52,066 nt of DNA from Candidatus Nealsonbacteria bacterium RIFOXYB1_FULL_40_15 (GCA_001821555.1 MHMM01000005.1:6956-59021); one strand, 5' to 3'. Shown: positions 1 to 9,172, counted from the stretch's first letter. Numbers and translations are program-made. The notes: generated by a model not told the origin, from the letters alone.

Positions 1-13
1 CTGGAAGCACATA

Positions 14-349
14 TTGATTTATTCTTTCTCGGGTATTATTATGGTTTTAGCTATAATCTTCCTCTCTTTAACAAACTGGAAGATATACCAAAGAAAAGCG
101 AATCTGAACGAAAAGATTGCGGAGCTTCAAGGAGAAATTTCAGTTTTAGAAGAGAGAAAAATAGAGCTTTCCGGGCTAATTTCATATGTTCAGAGCGATG
201 ATTATGTGGAGCAGGTTGCAAGAGACCAGTTAAATATGAAGCGCCCCGGAGAAGAAGTTGTGGTTATACAGGACGATAAAAAGGATTCAGGGGATAAAGA
301 GAGAGAGGTGGGCTGGTGGGAAAAGCTAAAGAGCATATTTTCAAAGTAG
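14..349 (+). CDS. ftsB: Septum formation initiator, FtsB/DivIC family (start may lie upstream of the window)
   Basis: N-terminal TM helix, coiled coil and the DivIC-like motif 'DDYVEQVARDQLNMKRPGE'. Confidence 0.75.
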   Translation: MIYSFSGIIMVLAIIFLSLTNWKIYQRKANLNEKIAELQGEISVLEERKIELSGLISYVQSDDYVEQVARDQLNMKRPGEEVVVIQDDKKDSGDKEREVGWWEKLKSIFSK

Positions 350-434
350 GTCAGGCGTTGCGTAATAAATTTACTTTGCAAATTTAAACGCGACAGCAAC
401 GTTGAAATTTTTACCAAGAAAATTTCTTGCCGTT

Positions 435-505
435 GCGGGATTAGTACAGCGGCAGTACGCTTGCTTCCCAAGCAAGAGACGCGAGTTCGATTCTCGTATC
501 CCGCT
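435..505 (+). tRNA. tRNA-Gly(CCC)
   Basis: Acceptor GCGGGA/TCCCGC, anticodon stem CTTGC/GCAAG with loop TTCCCAA, T-loop TTCGATT; CCA not encoded. Confidence 0.95.
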
Positions 506-514
506 CAAGAATAG

Positions 515-586
515 GCCGAGATAGCTCAATGGCAGAGCAACGGTATCGTAAACCGTAGGTTGCGAGTTCGACTCTCGCTCTCGGCT
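515..586 (+). tRNA. tRNA-Thr(CGT)
   Basis: Acceptor GCCGAGA/TCTCGGC, anticodon stem ACGGT/ACCGT with loop ATCGTAA, T-loop TTCGACT. Confidence 0.95.
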
Positions 587-647
587 CATAGTTTTGGAAA
601 TTTTAAGGTTTCATGCTAAACTATTAAAAAGACTAAACCTGTTAAAT

Positions 648-1764
648 ATGGATGAAAATCTGGAGAAAATAGAGGAGCTAGAAAAAAGAATCCATCATTT
701 AATGGACTGTCTTTGATGTTGAAAAGATTAAAAAAAGAATAATTAAGATCAGAAAAGAGAGCGAAAGTCCGGATTTTTGGCAGGATCAGGAAAGGGCAAA
801 GTCTTTGAGCAAAGAAATGGCCGATCTTTCAGAAGAGGCCGAAGAGGCCTGCAGGATTTGCAAAGATTTAGATACGGTAAAAGATTTTAAGGCGGTAGAG
901 GACAAAGATATAGAAAAAGAGATGGCCGGAAGAATAGAAAAGCTTGAAAAAGATGTAGGAAAGCAAGAAACCAAAGCTTTTTTATCAGGAAAATATGACA
1001 AAGGAAGCGCGGTTATTGAAATTTCATCGGGGGCCGGAGGAGTGGATGCCCAAGATTGGACAGCTATGCTGTTCAGAATGTATGAGAGATATTGTTCAAA
1101 TAAAGGATTTGAAACAAAGGTTATAAACTGTTCTTACGGGGAGGGAGTGGGGCCCGAAGGAAGAATAGGAATAAAATCAGTTTCATTTGAAGTGAAAGGA
1201 AGGTATGCCTACGGTTTTTTAAAAAAGGAATCGGGAATACACCGGCTTGTAAGGCAATCTCCTTTTTCGGCAAAGGATTTAAGGCACACCTCTTTTGCTT
1301 CTGTCCAAGTAATGCCCGAGATAGAAAAAGAAGACGAAATTGAATTAAAACCCGAGGATTTAAGAATAGATGTATTCAGATCTTCAGGACCCGGAGGGCA
1401 GAATGTGAACAAGAGAGAGACGGCTGTAAGGATTACCCATCTTCCAACCGGAATAGCAGTTGCTTCCCAGTCCGAAAGACTCCAGGGGACAAACAAGGAG
1501 AATGCAATGAGGATACTTTATTCAAAACTGTACCTTATGAAAGAAGAAGAAAAAAAGGAGGAATTAAAAAAGATCAAAGGGGGACAGGTTTCAGCCAGCT
1601 GGGGCAATCAAATAAGATCTTATGTCCTTCATCCTTATAAAATGGTAAAAGATTTGAGGACTCAAATCGAGACCTCTGATGCCGAATCAGTATTGGACGG
1701 AAACATCAATCGCTTTATAGAATCTGAAATAAAGTTAAATGATATCAGTAAAAGATCTGACTAA
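648..1764 (+). CDS. prfB: Peptide chain release factor 2, translated through a programmed +1 frameshift
   Basis: ATG648 reads MDENLEKIEELEKRIHHLMDCL to CTT TGA (711-716); the +1 frame continues DVEKIKKR...PDFWQDQERA into the 805..1764 ORF with SPF and GGQ motifs. Confidence 0.95.
702..717 (+). other. prfB +1 frameshift site (ATG GAC TGT CTT TGA T)
   Basis: CTT-TGA slippery stop at the expected position, about 22 codons into prfB. Confidence 0.9.
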
Positions 1765-2431
1765 AATATATCCCTCAAAGTCATCTGTGCCCGCAGTGGC
1801 TTTAAATGAGGTTTCTTTTGATATAAAAGAGAAGGAATTTGTTTCAATAGTAGGAAAATCGGGGGCGGGCAAAACAACTCTCTTAAAGCTTATCTTAGCA
1901 GAAGAAGAACCGACTAAAGGCCAGATATTTTTCCAGGGACAGGATATAGGGCAGATAAAAAGATCAAAGCTTCCCTTTTTAAGACAAAAACTGGGAGTGG
2001 TTTTTCAAGATTACAAGCTTTTTCCCTCAAAAACGGCCTATGAGAATGTATCATATGTTATGGAAGTGATGGGGGCTTCGGGGGAGGAGATCGAAAGAGA
2101 TGTTCCTAAGGTTTTAGATCTTGTGGGGCTTTCCGATAAGGCGTTTAATCTGCCATCGGAGCTTTCGGGAGGAGAAAGGCAGAGAGTAGCCATAGCCAGG
2201 GCTTTCGTGCACAGGCCGGATGTTATTCTGGCCGACGAGCCTACGGGGAATTTGGATCCTTATAATACTTTTGATATAATTCAGCTATTGATTAAGATAT
2301 ATGAAATGGGCACTACTGTGGTTCTTGCCACTCATGACAAGGAAGTGATTAACAGTCTGGGTAAAAGAGTTATTACTTTAGATCAGGGCAGGGTTGTAAG
2401 AGACGATAAAAAAGGAAGATTCGTTTTATGA
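1739..2431 (+). CDS. ftsE: Cell division ATP-binding protein FtsE
   Basis: Walker A GKSGAGKT, VVFQDYKL, LSGGE, DEPTGNLD; directly upstream of ftsX. Confidence 0.92.
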   Translation: MISVKDLTKIYPSKSSVPAVALNEVSFDIKEKEFVSIVGKSGAGKTTLLKLILAEEEPTKGQIFFQGQDIGQIKRSKLPFLRQKLGVVFQDYKLFPSKTAYENVSYVMEVMGASGEEIERDVPKVLDLVGLSDKAFNLPSELSGGERQRVAIARAFVHRPDVILADEPTGNLDPYNTFDIIQLLIKIYEMGTTVVLATHDKEVINSLGKRVITLDQGRVVRDDKKGRFVL

Positions 2432-3333
2432 ATTTATTTAAAAGAGTACTAAAAAACGGGTGGAAGAATTTCTCGGGCAGTTTCGGCCTAAGCTTTGCGA
2501 CTGTTTTTGTGATGATTTTGGTTATATCCACCATTACCATCCTTTATTTCTTAAATCCTATTTCAGATATGCTTGTAAAAGATGTGGAGGAGAAAGTGGA
2601 TGTTTCCGTTTATTTCAAAGAAGAAACAGATCCCGAAGATATACTAGAAGTTAAATCCGAAATCGTAAAGATTCCCGAAGTGGAGGAAGTCAACTATATA
2701 TCCAAAGAAGAGGCCTTTGAGAGCTTTATGGACAGGCATAAAGAAGACCATATTCTGATAGATTCTTTGGCCGAAGTGGGGTATAATCCTTTTCTTGCTT
2801 CTTTGAGCGTCAAGGCCAAAGAAGCTTCCCGATATGAGCAAGTTGCTGTTTTTCTTGAAACAGGCCCTTTCAAAGAGCTAGTAGATAAAATAGACTATCA
2901 CCAGAGAAAGCCTGTTATTGAGAAAGTCTTTGCGTTTACAAAAGGAGTAAAGAATATAGCATTCTTTTTTAGTATGGTTTTTGGGATAATTGCCTTAATA
3001 ATAGCTTTTAATACAGTAAAGATAGCTATACAGAGCTCCAAAGAAGAAATATCAATTATGCGGCTTGTGGGAGCTTCAAACTGGTTTGTAAGAGGTCCTT
3101 TTATAATTCAAGGGCTAATAGCAGGATCAATAGCCGCTTTAATTACTTTTGTTTTGACTTTTGTTGCCTCCCACTTTCTTGATTCTAACATATCCTCTAT
3201 AATTCCCAGCGTAAGTCTTCTCGGAATATTTAGCTCCAATCTATTGGCATTGCTCTTGATTCAGTTGCTTTCGGGGGCTATACTGGGAACTGCTTCCAGC
3301 TTGATAGCTGTAAGAAAGTATTTGAAGATATAA
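2428..3333 (+). CDS. ftsX: Cell division permease FtsX
   Basis: Four TM helices, extracellular loop, 'EISIMRLVGASNWFVRGPF' motif; ATGA overlap with ftsE. Confidence 0.92.
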   Translation: MNLFKRVLKNGWKNFSGSFGLSFATVFVMILVISTITILYFLNPISDMLVKDVEEKVDVSVYFKEETDPEDILEVKSEIVKIPEVEEVNYISKEEAFESFMDRHKEDHILIDSLAEVGYNPFLASLSVKAKEASRYEQVAVFLETGPFKELVDKIDYHQRKPVIEKVFAFTKGVKNIAFFFSMVFGIIALIIAFNTVKIAIQSSKEEISIMRLVGASNWFVRGPFIIQGLIAGSIAALITFVLTFVASHFLDSNISSIIPSVSLLGIFSSNLLALLLIQLLSGAILGTASSLIAVRKYLKI

Positions 3334-3404
3334 TGCGGGATCGTCTAATGGTAGGACACATCCCTCTGGAGGATGGTATCTAGGTTCGAGTCCTAGTCCC
3401 GCAG
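3334..3404 (+). tRNA. tRNA-Gln(CTG)
   Basis: Acceptor TGCGGGA/TCCCGCA, anticodon stem CATCC/GGATG with loop CTCTGGA, T-arm CTAGG TTCGAGT CCTAG. Confidence 0.95.
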
Positions 3405-3519
3405 CAAGCTTGTGCATGGTTCTTGCGACCGAGTTTTATATTTAAAATCGGTTCTAATCCTAGAGCCATCGGAAGCTTTAGAAATACCAGATATTGAGTA
3501 ATTATGTTAAAATAATAAT

Positions 3520-4536
3520 ATGAAATTTCCCCGAACCAAGAAAATAATTTTTGTTAATAATAAAGGCGGGGTAGGAAAAACAACATTGGCTTTTAATTGT
3601 GCAGTTTCTTTTGCTGAGCAGGAATACAAAACCGTTTTAATTGATTTGGATCCGCAATGCAACTTGACTCGGCTTGCCATGGGTGAGAATTTTTACGAAA
3701 AGAACTTATTTTCCAGTTCTGAAAAAACAATTTATGATGTTTTGCGCGGAGTGATAGAAGGAGGGTCGGATATCGATTTGAATGTTAAGTTCTTACCCAC
3801 AAAGGCGGATAAAAATCTTTTCCTTTTAAAGGGAGACATCAAACTTTCTTTATACGAAAGTATCTTGATGACAGCTTTTGTTCAGGCAGCATCTGGCGCT
3901 CAAATAGGGTATTTCCAAACAAGCGCAATAGACCGTTTCTTGCGGGAAAAGGGATTGAGCGATCAAATAGATATTTTTGTTATAGATACTTCCCCCAGCT
4001 TGGGAATTCTTAACGAGATGGTTCTTTTGGGAGCTGATTATTTTGTTGTTCCAATGCTGCCCGATGCATTTAGCGTACAAGGAATTGAGAATCTTGGCGT
4101 GGTATATGAGCAATGGAAAATACAATGGCGAAACACAGCAAAAGCTTTGGCTGGGAATACCGAGACCAAATTTGTGCTTCAAGGAGATCCGCTTTTTATT
4201 GGATATGTAGTCAATTCTTATAATGTTTACGGTAAGCAGCCGATTTTGGATCATCGCATCTGGATGGAGAAAATTCCAGAACGTGTAAAAAGGTATCTTT
4301 CGGAAAAGCATTGTCGCAACGGTTTAGTTGAGCAAAGCTGGAAAAATCCCCTGCAGGTTATTCAGGACTACGGGCGAATTCCTGCCAAGTGCCAAGAGCT
4401 GGGCGTTGCTATTTTTGAACTTGATCCCAAACTAGTCGCTGATAATCAACAAGGCACTAAAGATAACATAGAAAAATCGAAAGAAGAATTTACCGGTTTG
4501 TCAAAAGCAATATTGGAAACTCTTTCTGCTTATTAG
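3520..4536 (+). CDS. ParA/Soj-family ATPase (island type, no parB partner)
   Basis: Deviant Walker A NNKGGVGKTT, IDLDPQCN, IDTSPS. Confidence 0.88.
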   Translation: MKFPRTKKIIFVNNKGGVGKTTLAFNCAVSFAEQEYKTVLIDLDPQCNLTRLAMGENFYEKNLFSSSEKTIYDVLRGVIEGGSDIDLNVKFLPTKADKNLFLLKGDIKLSLYESILMTAFVQAASGAQIGYFQTSAIDRFLREKGLSDQIDIFVIDTSPSLGILNEMVLLGADYFVVPMLPDAFSVQGIENLGVVYEQWKIQWRNTAKALAGNTETKFVLQGDPLFIGYVVNSYNVYGKQPILDHRIWMEKIPERVKRYLSEKHCRNGLVEQSWKNPLQVIQDYGRIPAKCQELGVAIFELDPKLVADNQQGTKDNIEKSKEEFTGLSKAILETLSAY

Positions 4537-4539
4537 GTT

Positions 4540-5127
4540 ATGTTGCCCAAAGGATCAATCAGCAAAGTTTACGAATATTATTTTACAGAACCTCGTTTTA
4601 AGAACGAAGCATTGCATTCCCTCGAAGAGTTTTTTAATTGTCCGGATTTGTGCGAAGGAGGCGCTATCAATATGGAAAGCGAAAAGGGAGGGGAATTCTT
4701 CAACGAGTGGTTTTTATATGATTTTATTATGAGTAGCGGGCAAACCGTTTTGGAAAATTTTATTGCCGACAACCCACTCGGCTTGAAAGATGCGGAAATG
4801 GAAATTTATCGAAAATTACTCAATAATAAATATGGACTTTTTGAAACTATAAATATAGAAATAGGAAAAAGTATTGCATTGAAAGATTTGCAAACGGGGA
4901 AACGATGGGATGTCAGAGAAAATAAGGCCACTTTTGATCTCAAGAAGGGGGATTTATTTTTTGCCAGAATAGGAGAGGTGGAGGACCATTACGAATTGAT
5001 TGGCTCCGATACTTTTATAATGAGGGATATTGATGGAAACATAGAAAAATCTCTTCGAAATGAAAAGATTAAATTTACACCAAAAATAGTAAACGAGATT
5101 TATCACAACTCCGGGAAACTTAAATAA
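4540..5127 (+). CDS. Hypothetical protein
   Basis: 195-aa ORF 3 nt after parA; no motif recognised with confidence. Confidence 0.7.
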   Translation: MLPKGSISKVYEYYFTEPRFKNEALHSLEEFFNCPDLCEGGAINMESEKGGEFFNEWFLYDFIMSSGQTVLENFIADNPLGLKDAEMEIYRKLLNNKYGLFETINIEIGKSIALKDLQTGKRWDVRENKATFDLKKGDLFFARIGEVEDHYELIGSDTFIMRDIDGNIEKSLRNEKIKFTPKIVNEIYHNSGKLK

Positions 5128-5152
5128 CAATGGCGATAGGGTGACCGAGACG

Positions 5153-5203
5153 GGTTCGAATACTAGCGCCGCAGCAACCTTGAGCGCCCCCAACCCGACC
5201 GAG
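5153..5203 (+). repeat. Degenerate direct repeat of the tRNA-Gln 3' end and flank (3383-3433); att-like
   Basis: ggttcgaatactagcgccgcagcaa vs ggttcgagtcctagtcccgcagcaa (21/25), followed in both copies by CTTGWGC and then CGACCGAG at identical spacing. Confidence 0.7.
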
Positions 5204-5239
5204 AGGGGGTCAAAGAGGCCCGTACCTCTTGAAAACTTG

Positions 5240-5259
5240 CCTGCCTGCCGGCAGGCAGG
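5240..5259. repeat. Perfect 20-bp palindrome CCTGCCTGCCGGCAGGCAGG (REP-like)
   Basis: Directly visible; I recall this as a dispersed repeat in Parcubacteria genomes. Confidence 0.8.
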
Positions 5260-5336
5260 AGCCCGGTCTTTGAGAGGCTCGCCTCGCTAGATCCTACGGC
5301 GAAGCGGGTCGGGCCTCTGCCAACTTTTCCCGACTC

Positions 5337-5379
5337 TTTTCTACTGCCCATTTGGGCAGTTTTGTGTTAGGATAAAACA
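5337..5379 (+). promoter_or_regulatory. Repeated hairpin + extended -10 module, copy 1
   Basis: ACTGCCC-attt-GGGCAGT-TTTGTGT-TAGGAT, then 6 nt to ATG5380. Confidence 0.7.
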
Positions 5380-6153
5380 ATGGTGCCGTTTACCGATAAA
5401 CAGTTAAAAGTTTTAATGAAGCTTGGCCTAAGTGAAATCCAGGCAATTTTATATTTAACATCCTTGAAACATGGCATTCTGTCAGTTTTAGAATTATCAA
5501 AACTTACGAAAATTAACAGACAAAAAATATACGAAGAGTCGGAGAAACTTGTGGAAATGGGTTTGTACGATATAACCAGAAAGCAAAGGAGAAAATATAT
5601 TTCTGCTGTCCCGATGAAATTATTAAAACTTGGCGAAGAAAAAATAAATAAAACTCAAGAAACCCTGAAGGAATTGTCTGGCATTATCCCTCAGCTTGAG
5701 TCTATGCCTGCGAGTAAGAAAAACAAGGTTGTCGTTAAATATTATGAAGGAATAGGTAAAATAAAAGAAGTGTATAAAGAAGAGTTGGAAATGGCTAAAA
5801 ACACAGAGGTGTTATCCTTGGCAGGATCTATTGACGATATATTTAAATTTTTTCCTGAGTCTTATTGGGAAGAATGGAACAAAAAATTCGTTAAGCAAGG
5901 ATCAAAAACCAGAATGTTGGTTCATAAATCAGATGCTGCACGGGAAACAACGGGACATGACAATGATTATAAAAGGGAGACCAGGTATATTGATAATTTC
6001 TCGCTCAAAGTAAATATAGATATTTTCGGAGAAAATGTTTTATTGGTTTCTTTTTATGATGAAATTGCCATATTGATTAATAGTCAAATACTTTCTCAAT
6101 CGTACAGAATAATGTTTGAAACTCTCTGGGGTATGGCAAAATCATTCAAATAA
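5380..6153 (+). CDS. TrmB-family transcriptional regulator
   Basis: N-terminal 'LMKLGLSEIQAILYL..LKHG..SVLELSKLTKINRQKIY' wHTH; 'VKYYEGIGKIKEVY' and C-terminal 'FETLW'. Confidence 0.85.
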   Translation: MVPFTDKQLKVLMKLGLSEIQAILYLTSLKHGILSVLELSKLTKINRQKIYEESEKLVEMGLYDITRKQRRKYISAVPMKLLKLGEEKINKTQETLKELSGIIPQLESMPASKKNKVVVKYYEGIGKIKEVYKEELEMAKNTEVLSLAGSIDDIFKFFPESYWEEWNKKFVKQGSKTRMLVHKSDAARETTGHDNDYKRETRYIDNFSLKVNIDIFGENVLLVSFYDEIAILINSQILSQSYRIMFETLWGMAKSFK

Positions 6154-6315
6154 GAAAAATGTTGTAGAAAACAAACAACAAAATAACCCCTAATTTATAT
6201 TCATTTTAACGTCACAAAAGACGTTTTTTGTTTTTTTATTACGCGAATTTGTAAATGGCATTATTATTATAGCGTAGAGTGGTTTTAATGTTCTTTTGAT
6301 TGGAAAGGAGAAAAC

Positions 6316-6516
6316 ATGCCACCTAGCGGATTTACCCCAAAAGCCGTAGAAGGTGCCCTAACTTTTATAGGGACCTGCTACGAAGATTTGCTGGCAGAGG
6401 TTCGTTCTGGCAAATACAAAAGCATCGAAGAAGGGATTGAGCATGAGCTGGGGCTAATCAAAAAAGCCCTCACGAAGCTTCATCTCGACAATGATGGCAA
6501 CATCACCGAAAGGTGA
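6316..6516 (+). CDS. Small hypothetical protein (66 aa)
   Basis: Strong SD AAAGGAG 5 nt upstream; structured 3' flank. Confidence 0.7.
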   Translation: MPPSGFTPKAVEGALTFIGTCYEDLLAEVRSGKYKSIEEGIEHELGLIKKALTKLHLDNDGNITER

Positions 6517-6526
6517 CATTGTCTCA

Positions 6527-6553
6527 AGACCTGAGTATGTCTGTAAACTACTC
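6527..6553 (+). ncRNA. Putative H-type pseudoknot 3' of the 66-aa gene
   Basis: AGAC(6527-30)/GTCT(6539-42) and GAGTA(6533-37)/TACTC(6549-53), followed by a T-tract. Confidence 0.4.
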
Positions 6554-6560
6554 TTTTTAT

Positions 6561-6947
6561 TTATTCCAATATTATTTTTTTGTCTTTGAGGATTAATTTG
6601 CTTTTGAGGAAATATAGAAGTTCGCGTTTCTCGATAATGGTTCCGTCTTTAAGGAGATATTTTGCATAATTTCTCACATCCACATCCGTATTATTCGGTT
6701 CTTTTTCGTGGCCCAGGACCCCAACTCTGAATTTGTTAAATCTAGCTATTTCCTGCTCTATTTTTGATTTTATTCCAAGTTCATCCAAATCTATCTTATC
6801 CATTAACTCTATAAACTCTTTTATCAAATCTTGCTCATTAATATTCTGATTCTTGCAGTCTATATTCCTGGCCTTGGTGCAGAAGTAATAGACATGGCGG
6901 TTCGTCCCGCCGTTTTTTAGTTTCTTGAATTTCTCATCAGCAAATAT
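6561..6947 (-). pseudogene. C-terminal remnant of a large serine recombinase (Zn-ribbon/coiled-coil part)
   Basis: The frame upstream of the listed ORF reads IFADEKFKKLKNGGTNRHVYYFCTKARNIDCKNQNINEQDLIKEF; catalytic domain and first Cys pair are absent. Confidence 0.7.
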
Positions 6948-6948
6948 G

Positions 6949-6984
6949 AAAGACTGTTTCCCCTCGGGGATAAACAGTCTTTTT
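6949..6984. terminator. Inverted repeat / intrinsic-terminator-like hairpin at the recombinase breakpoint
   Basis: AAAGACTGTTT(6949-59)/AAACAGTCTTT(6972-82) followed by Ts. Confidence 0.6.
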
Positions 6985-7030
6985 CTTTTTGGGATTGGAG
7001 CATTTAGCGATTATTTGGTACAATAAAAAT

Positions 7031-7279
7031 ATGACGATACTGGAAATATCTCAAATAATATATAATCTTGTCTCTGTGGTTGCGATAACTGTGATTACGA
7101 TACTAATTTGCGTAATTGGTTTTGACATAATCAAAATTGTAAGATCAGTTAAAAAGTTCACAAATAATATAAGCAAAGAATCATCCGAGTTATACGAAAA
7201 GATAAGTAAATTTATGGCCGGTATATTAAATCTGTCGTTTATTCCAAAGTTGTTTAATAAGAAAAAGAAGCGGAAATAA
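7031..7279 (+). CDS. Small membrane protein, translationally coupled to the GH3 gene
   Basis: TG-G-TACAAT 6 nt before ATG7031; one TM helix; TAATG overlap with the next gene. Confidence 0.7.
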   Translation: MTILEISQIIYNLVSVVAITVITILICVIGFDIIKIVRSVKKFTNNISKESSELYEKISKFMAGILNLSFIPKLFNKKKKRK

Positions 7280-9108
7280 TGAAAATATTTAGAAGTTTTC
7301 GAAGTTTTAAAGTTCTAGCAATTTTAATTGCCTGTTTTGTGTTAGTCGCGGGAGTTTTGACTTTTGTTTTTTTAAAATTTTCTCCCAATCCAAACCTTAA
7401 TACTCAATATTGCCATGTAGCAGGTTTGCCTTATCAAAATCTGGCGCTGCCAATAGAGGAAAGAGTAGACGACTTAATGAGCAGAATGAACGACTGGGAA
7501 AAAATAGGGCAGATGGCCTTAGTGGAAAAAAACAGTGTTAGTCCTAAGGATGTTACGAAATATAATTTGGGAGCTGTTTTGAGCGGAGGCGGAGCAGGAC
7601 CAAAACAAGACACTCCTTTGGCTTGGCTTGAGATGTTGAATAATTTTCAAGATGCAGCCAACGAGACATGCTTGGGAATACCGCTTTTGTATGGAGTTGA
7701 TGCCATACACGGCCATAGTAATGTTCTTGGAGCCACAATCTTTCCTCACTCTATTGGCTTGGGAGCAACCGGGGACGCAGATTTGGTTAAGCGGGTTGCA
7801 AAAGCAACTGCCGAAGAGGTGGTAGCTACTGGGATTTATTGGAGTTATTCGCCCAATCTTGATGTTGTCACAGACATACGCTGGGGCAAAACCTATGAAA
7901 CATTTGGGTCGGATACGGCAAATGTGAGTAAATTGGGATTGGCTTATCTGGAGGGGACTCAAGGATCTCTAAACGGCTATTTTGAAGTTTTGGCCAACCC
8001 AAAACATTTTATCGGCGGAGGGTCTATGACTTTTGGAACCTCGCGCAATCCAAAATTTAAGGTAGAAGAAGGGGATATAAGAATGGATGAGGAAACATTA
8101 CGCCAAACTCACTTGGTTCCTTTTAGGGCAGTTATAGACGGCGGAGCGCAAGTTATTATGGTGGGTACTGCCAGTTGGAACGGAGAAATAAACTCGGCTA
8201 ATCATCATCTTCTGACAGATATATTAAAAAACGAACTTGGATTTTCGGGGTTTGTTGTTTCTGACTGGTACGGAGTTTATGAGATAGAAAGCAATAAATA
8301 TAACTCTTTGGTCAGAGCGGTAAATGCGGGAATTGATATGGTTATGCTTCCGTTTGAATACAAAAGCTTTATGGGCTATATGCAAAAAGCGGTGTCTAGC
8401 GGCGATATATCCAGGGAGAGGCTAGACGATGCCGTAAGAAGAATCTTAACAGTCAAATTTAAAACAGGTTTATTTGACCGTCCCCGGGCTACCGTAGAAG
8501 GATTGTCTGTCATAGGGAGCAAGGATCATCGTGAATTGGCCCGAGAAGCAGTTCGTAAATCGCAAGTGTTGCTAAAAAACACAAATTCTACCCTGCCCTT
8601 ATCAAAATCATCGGCCAAGATTTTGATCTCCGGGTTTTCAGCAGATAATTTGGGAAGGCAAGCAGGAGGATGGACAACAGAATGGCAAGGCATAGATGGG
8701 AATTATGGAATAGTGGGGACTACCATACTTCAGGCAATAAAGAATACAGTTTCCAAAGACACAGAGATTGTGTTTAACAAGAAGGGCGATTTTTTGACAG
8801 AAAACAATCCGGCAGATGTTGGGATTGTAGTTGTGGGGGAGAAACCTTATGCTGAAGGCTGGGGAGATAAGGACAGTATAACTTTGAGTCCCGAAGATTT
8901 ATCGGCTATAGAAAAAACAAGGGCAAACAGCAAAAAAGTTATAGTTGTTATTGTCTCGGGCAGGCCGATGGATATAGCAAAATATGCAAAAGATTGGGAT
9001 GCGGTGGTGGCTTCGTGGCTTCCGGGTAGCGAAGGCGGGGGAGTGGCAGATGTTTTATTTGGGGAATATCCTTTTGTAGGTTCGCTACCTGTTATATGGG
9101 ACCTATGA
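7279..9108 (+). CDS. Glycoside hydrolase family 3 (beta-glucosidase/exo-glucanase type), N-terminal anchor
   Basis: GIPLLYGVDAIHG, RWGKTYETFG, KHF, GFVVSDW nucleophile, GEKPYAEG, WLPGSEG. Confidence 0.93.
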   Translation: MKIFRSFRSFKVLAILIACFVLVAGVLTFVFLKFSPNPNLNTQYCHVAGLPYQNLALPIEERVDDLMSRMNDWEKIGQMALVEKNSVSPKDVTKYNLGAVLSGGGAGPKQDTPLAWLEMLNNFQDAANETCLGIPLLYGVDAIHGHSNVLGATIFPHSIGLGATGDADLVKRVAKATAEEVVATGIYWSYSPNLDVVTDIRWGKTYETFGSDTANVSKLGLAYLEGTQGSLNGYFEVLANPKHFIGGGSMTFGTSRNPKFKVEEGDIRMDEETLRQTHLVPFRAVIDGGAQVIMVGTASWNGEINSANHHLLTDILKNELGFSGFVVSDWYGVYEIESNKYNSLVRAVNAGIDMVMLPFEYKSFMGYMQKAVSSGDISRERLDDAVRRILTVKFKTGLFDRPRATVEGLSVIGSKDHRELAREAVRKSQVLLKNTNSTLPLSKSSAKILISGFSADNLGRQAGGWTTEWQGIDGNYGIVGTTILQAIKNTVSKDTEIVFNKKGDFLTENNPADVGIVVVGEKPYAEGWGDKDSITLSPEDLSAIEKTRANSKKVIVVIVSGRPMDIAKYAKDWDAVVASWLPGSEGGGVADVLFGEYPFVGSLPVIWDL

Positions 9109-9172
9109 TATGCAAAAGGTGAAGCGTCCCCTCTTTGTTATTTGTCTCATTTCAATCCAAAATGCTATAATT

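Noticed and set aside
202-589. Minus-strand ORFs 202-471 and 371-589
   Set aside because: Antisense shadows of ftsB and the two tRNA genes.
805-1764. prfB starting at TTG805
   Set aside because: RF2-like sequence continues upstream through the CTT-TGA frameshift to ATG648.
5204-5312. TPP riboswitch or HDV-like ribozyme
   Set aside because: Isolated submotifs only; I could not build the required core topology.
5163-5351. 62-aa minus-strand ORF containing LPAGRQ
   Set aside because: It is the translation of the GC-rich palindromic intergenic element, with no coding signals.
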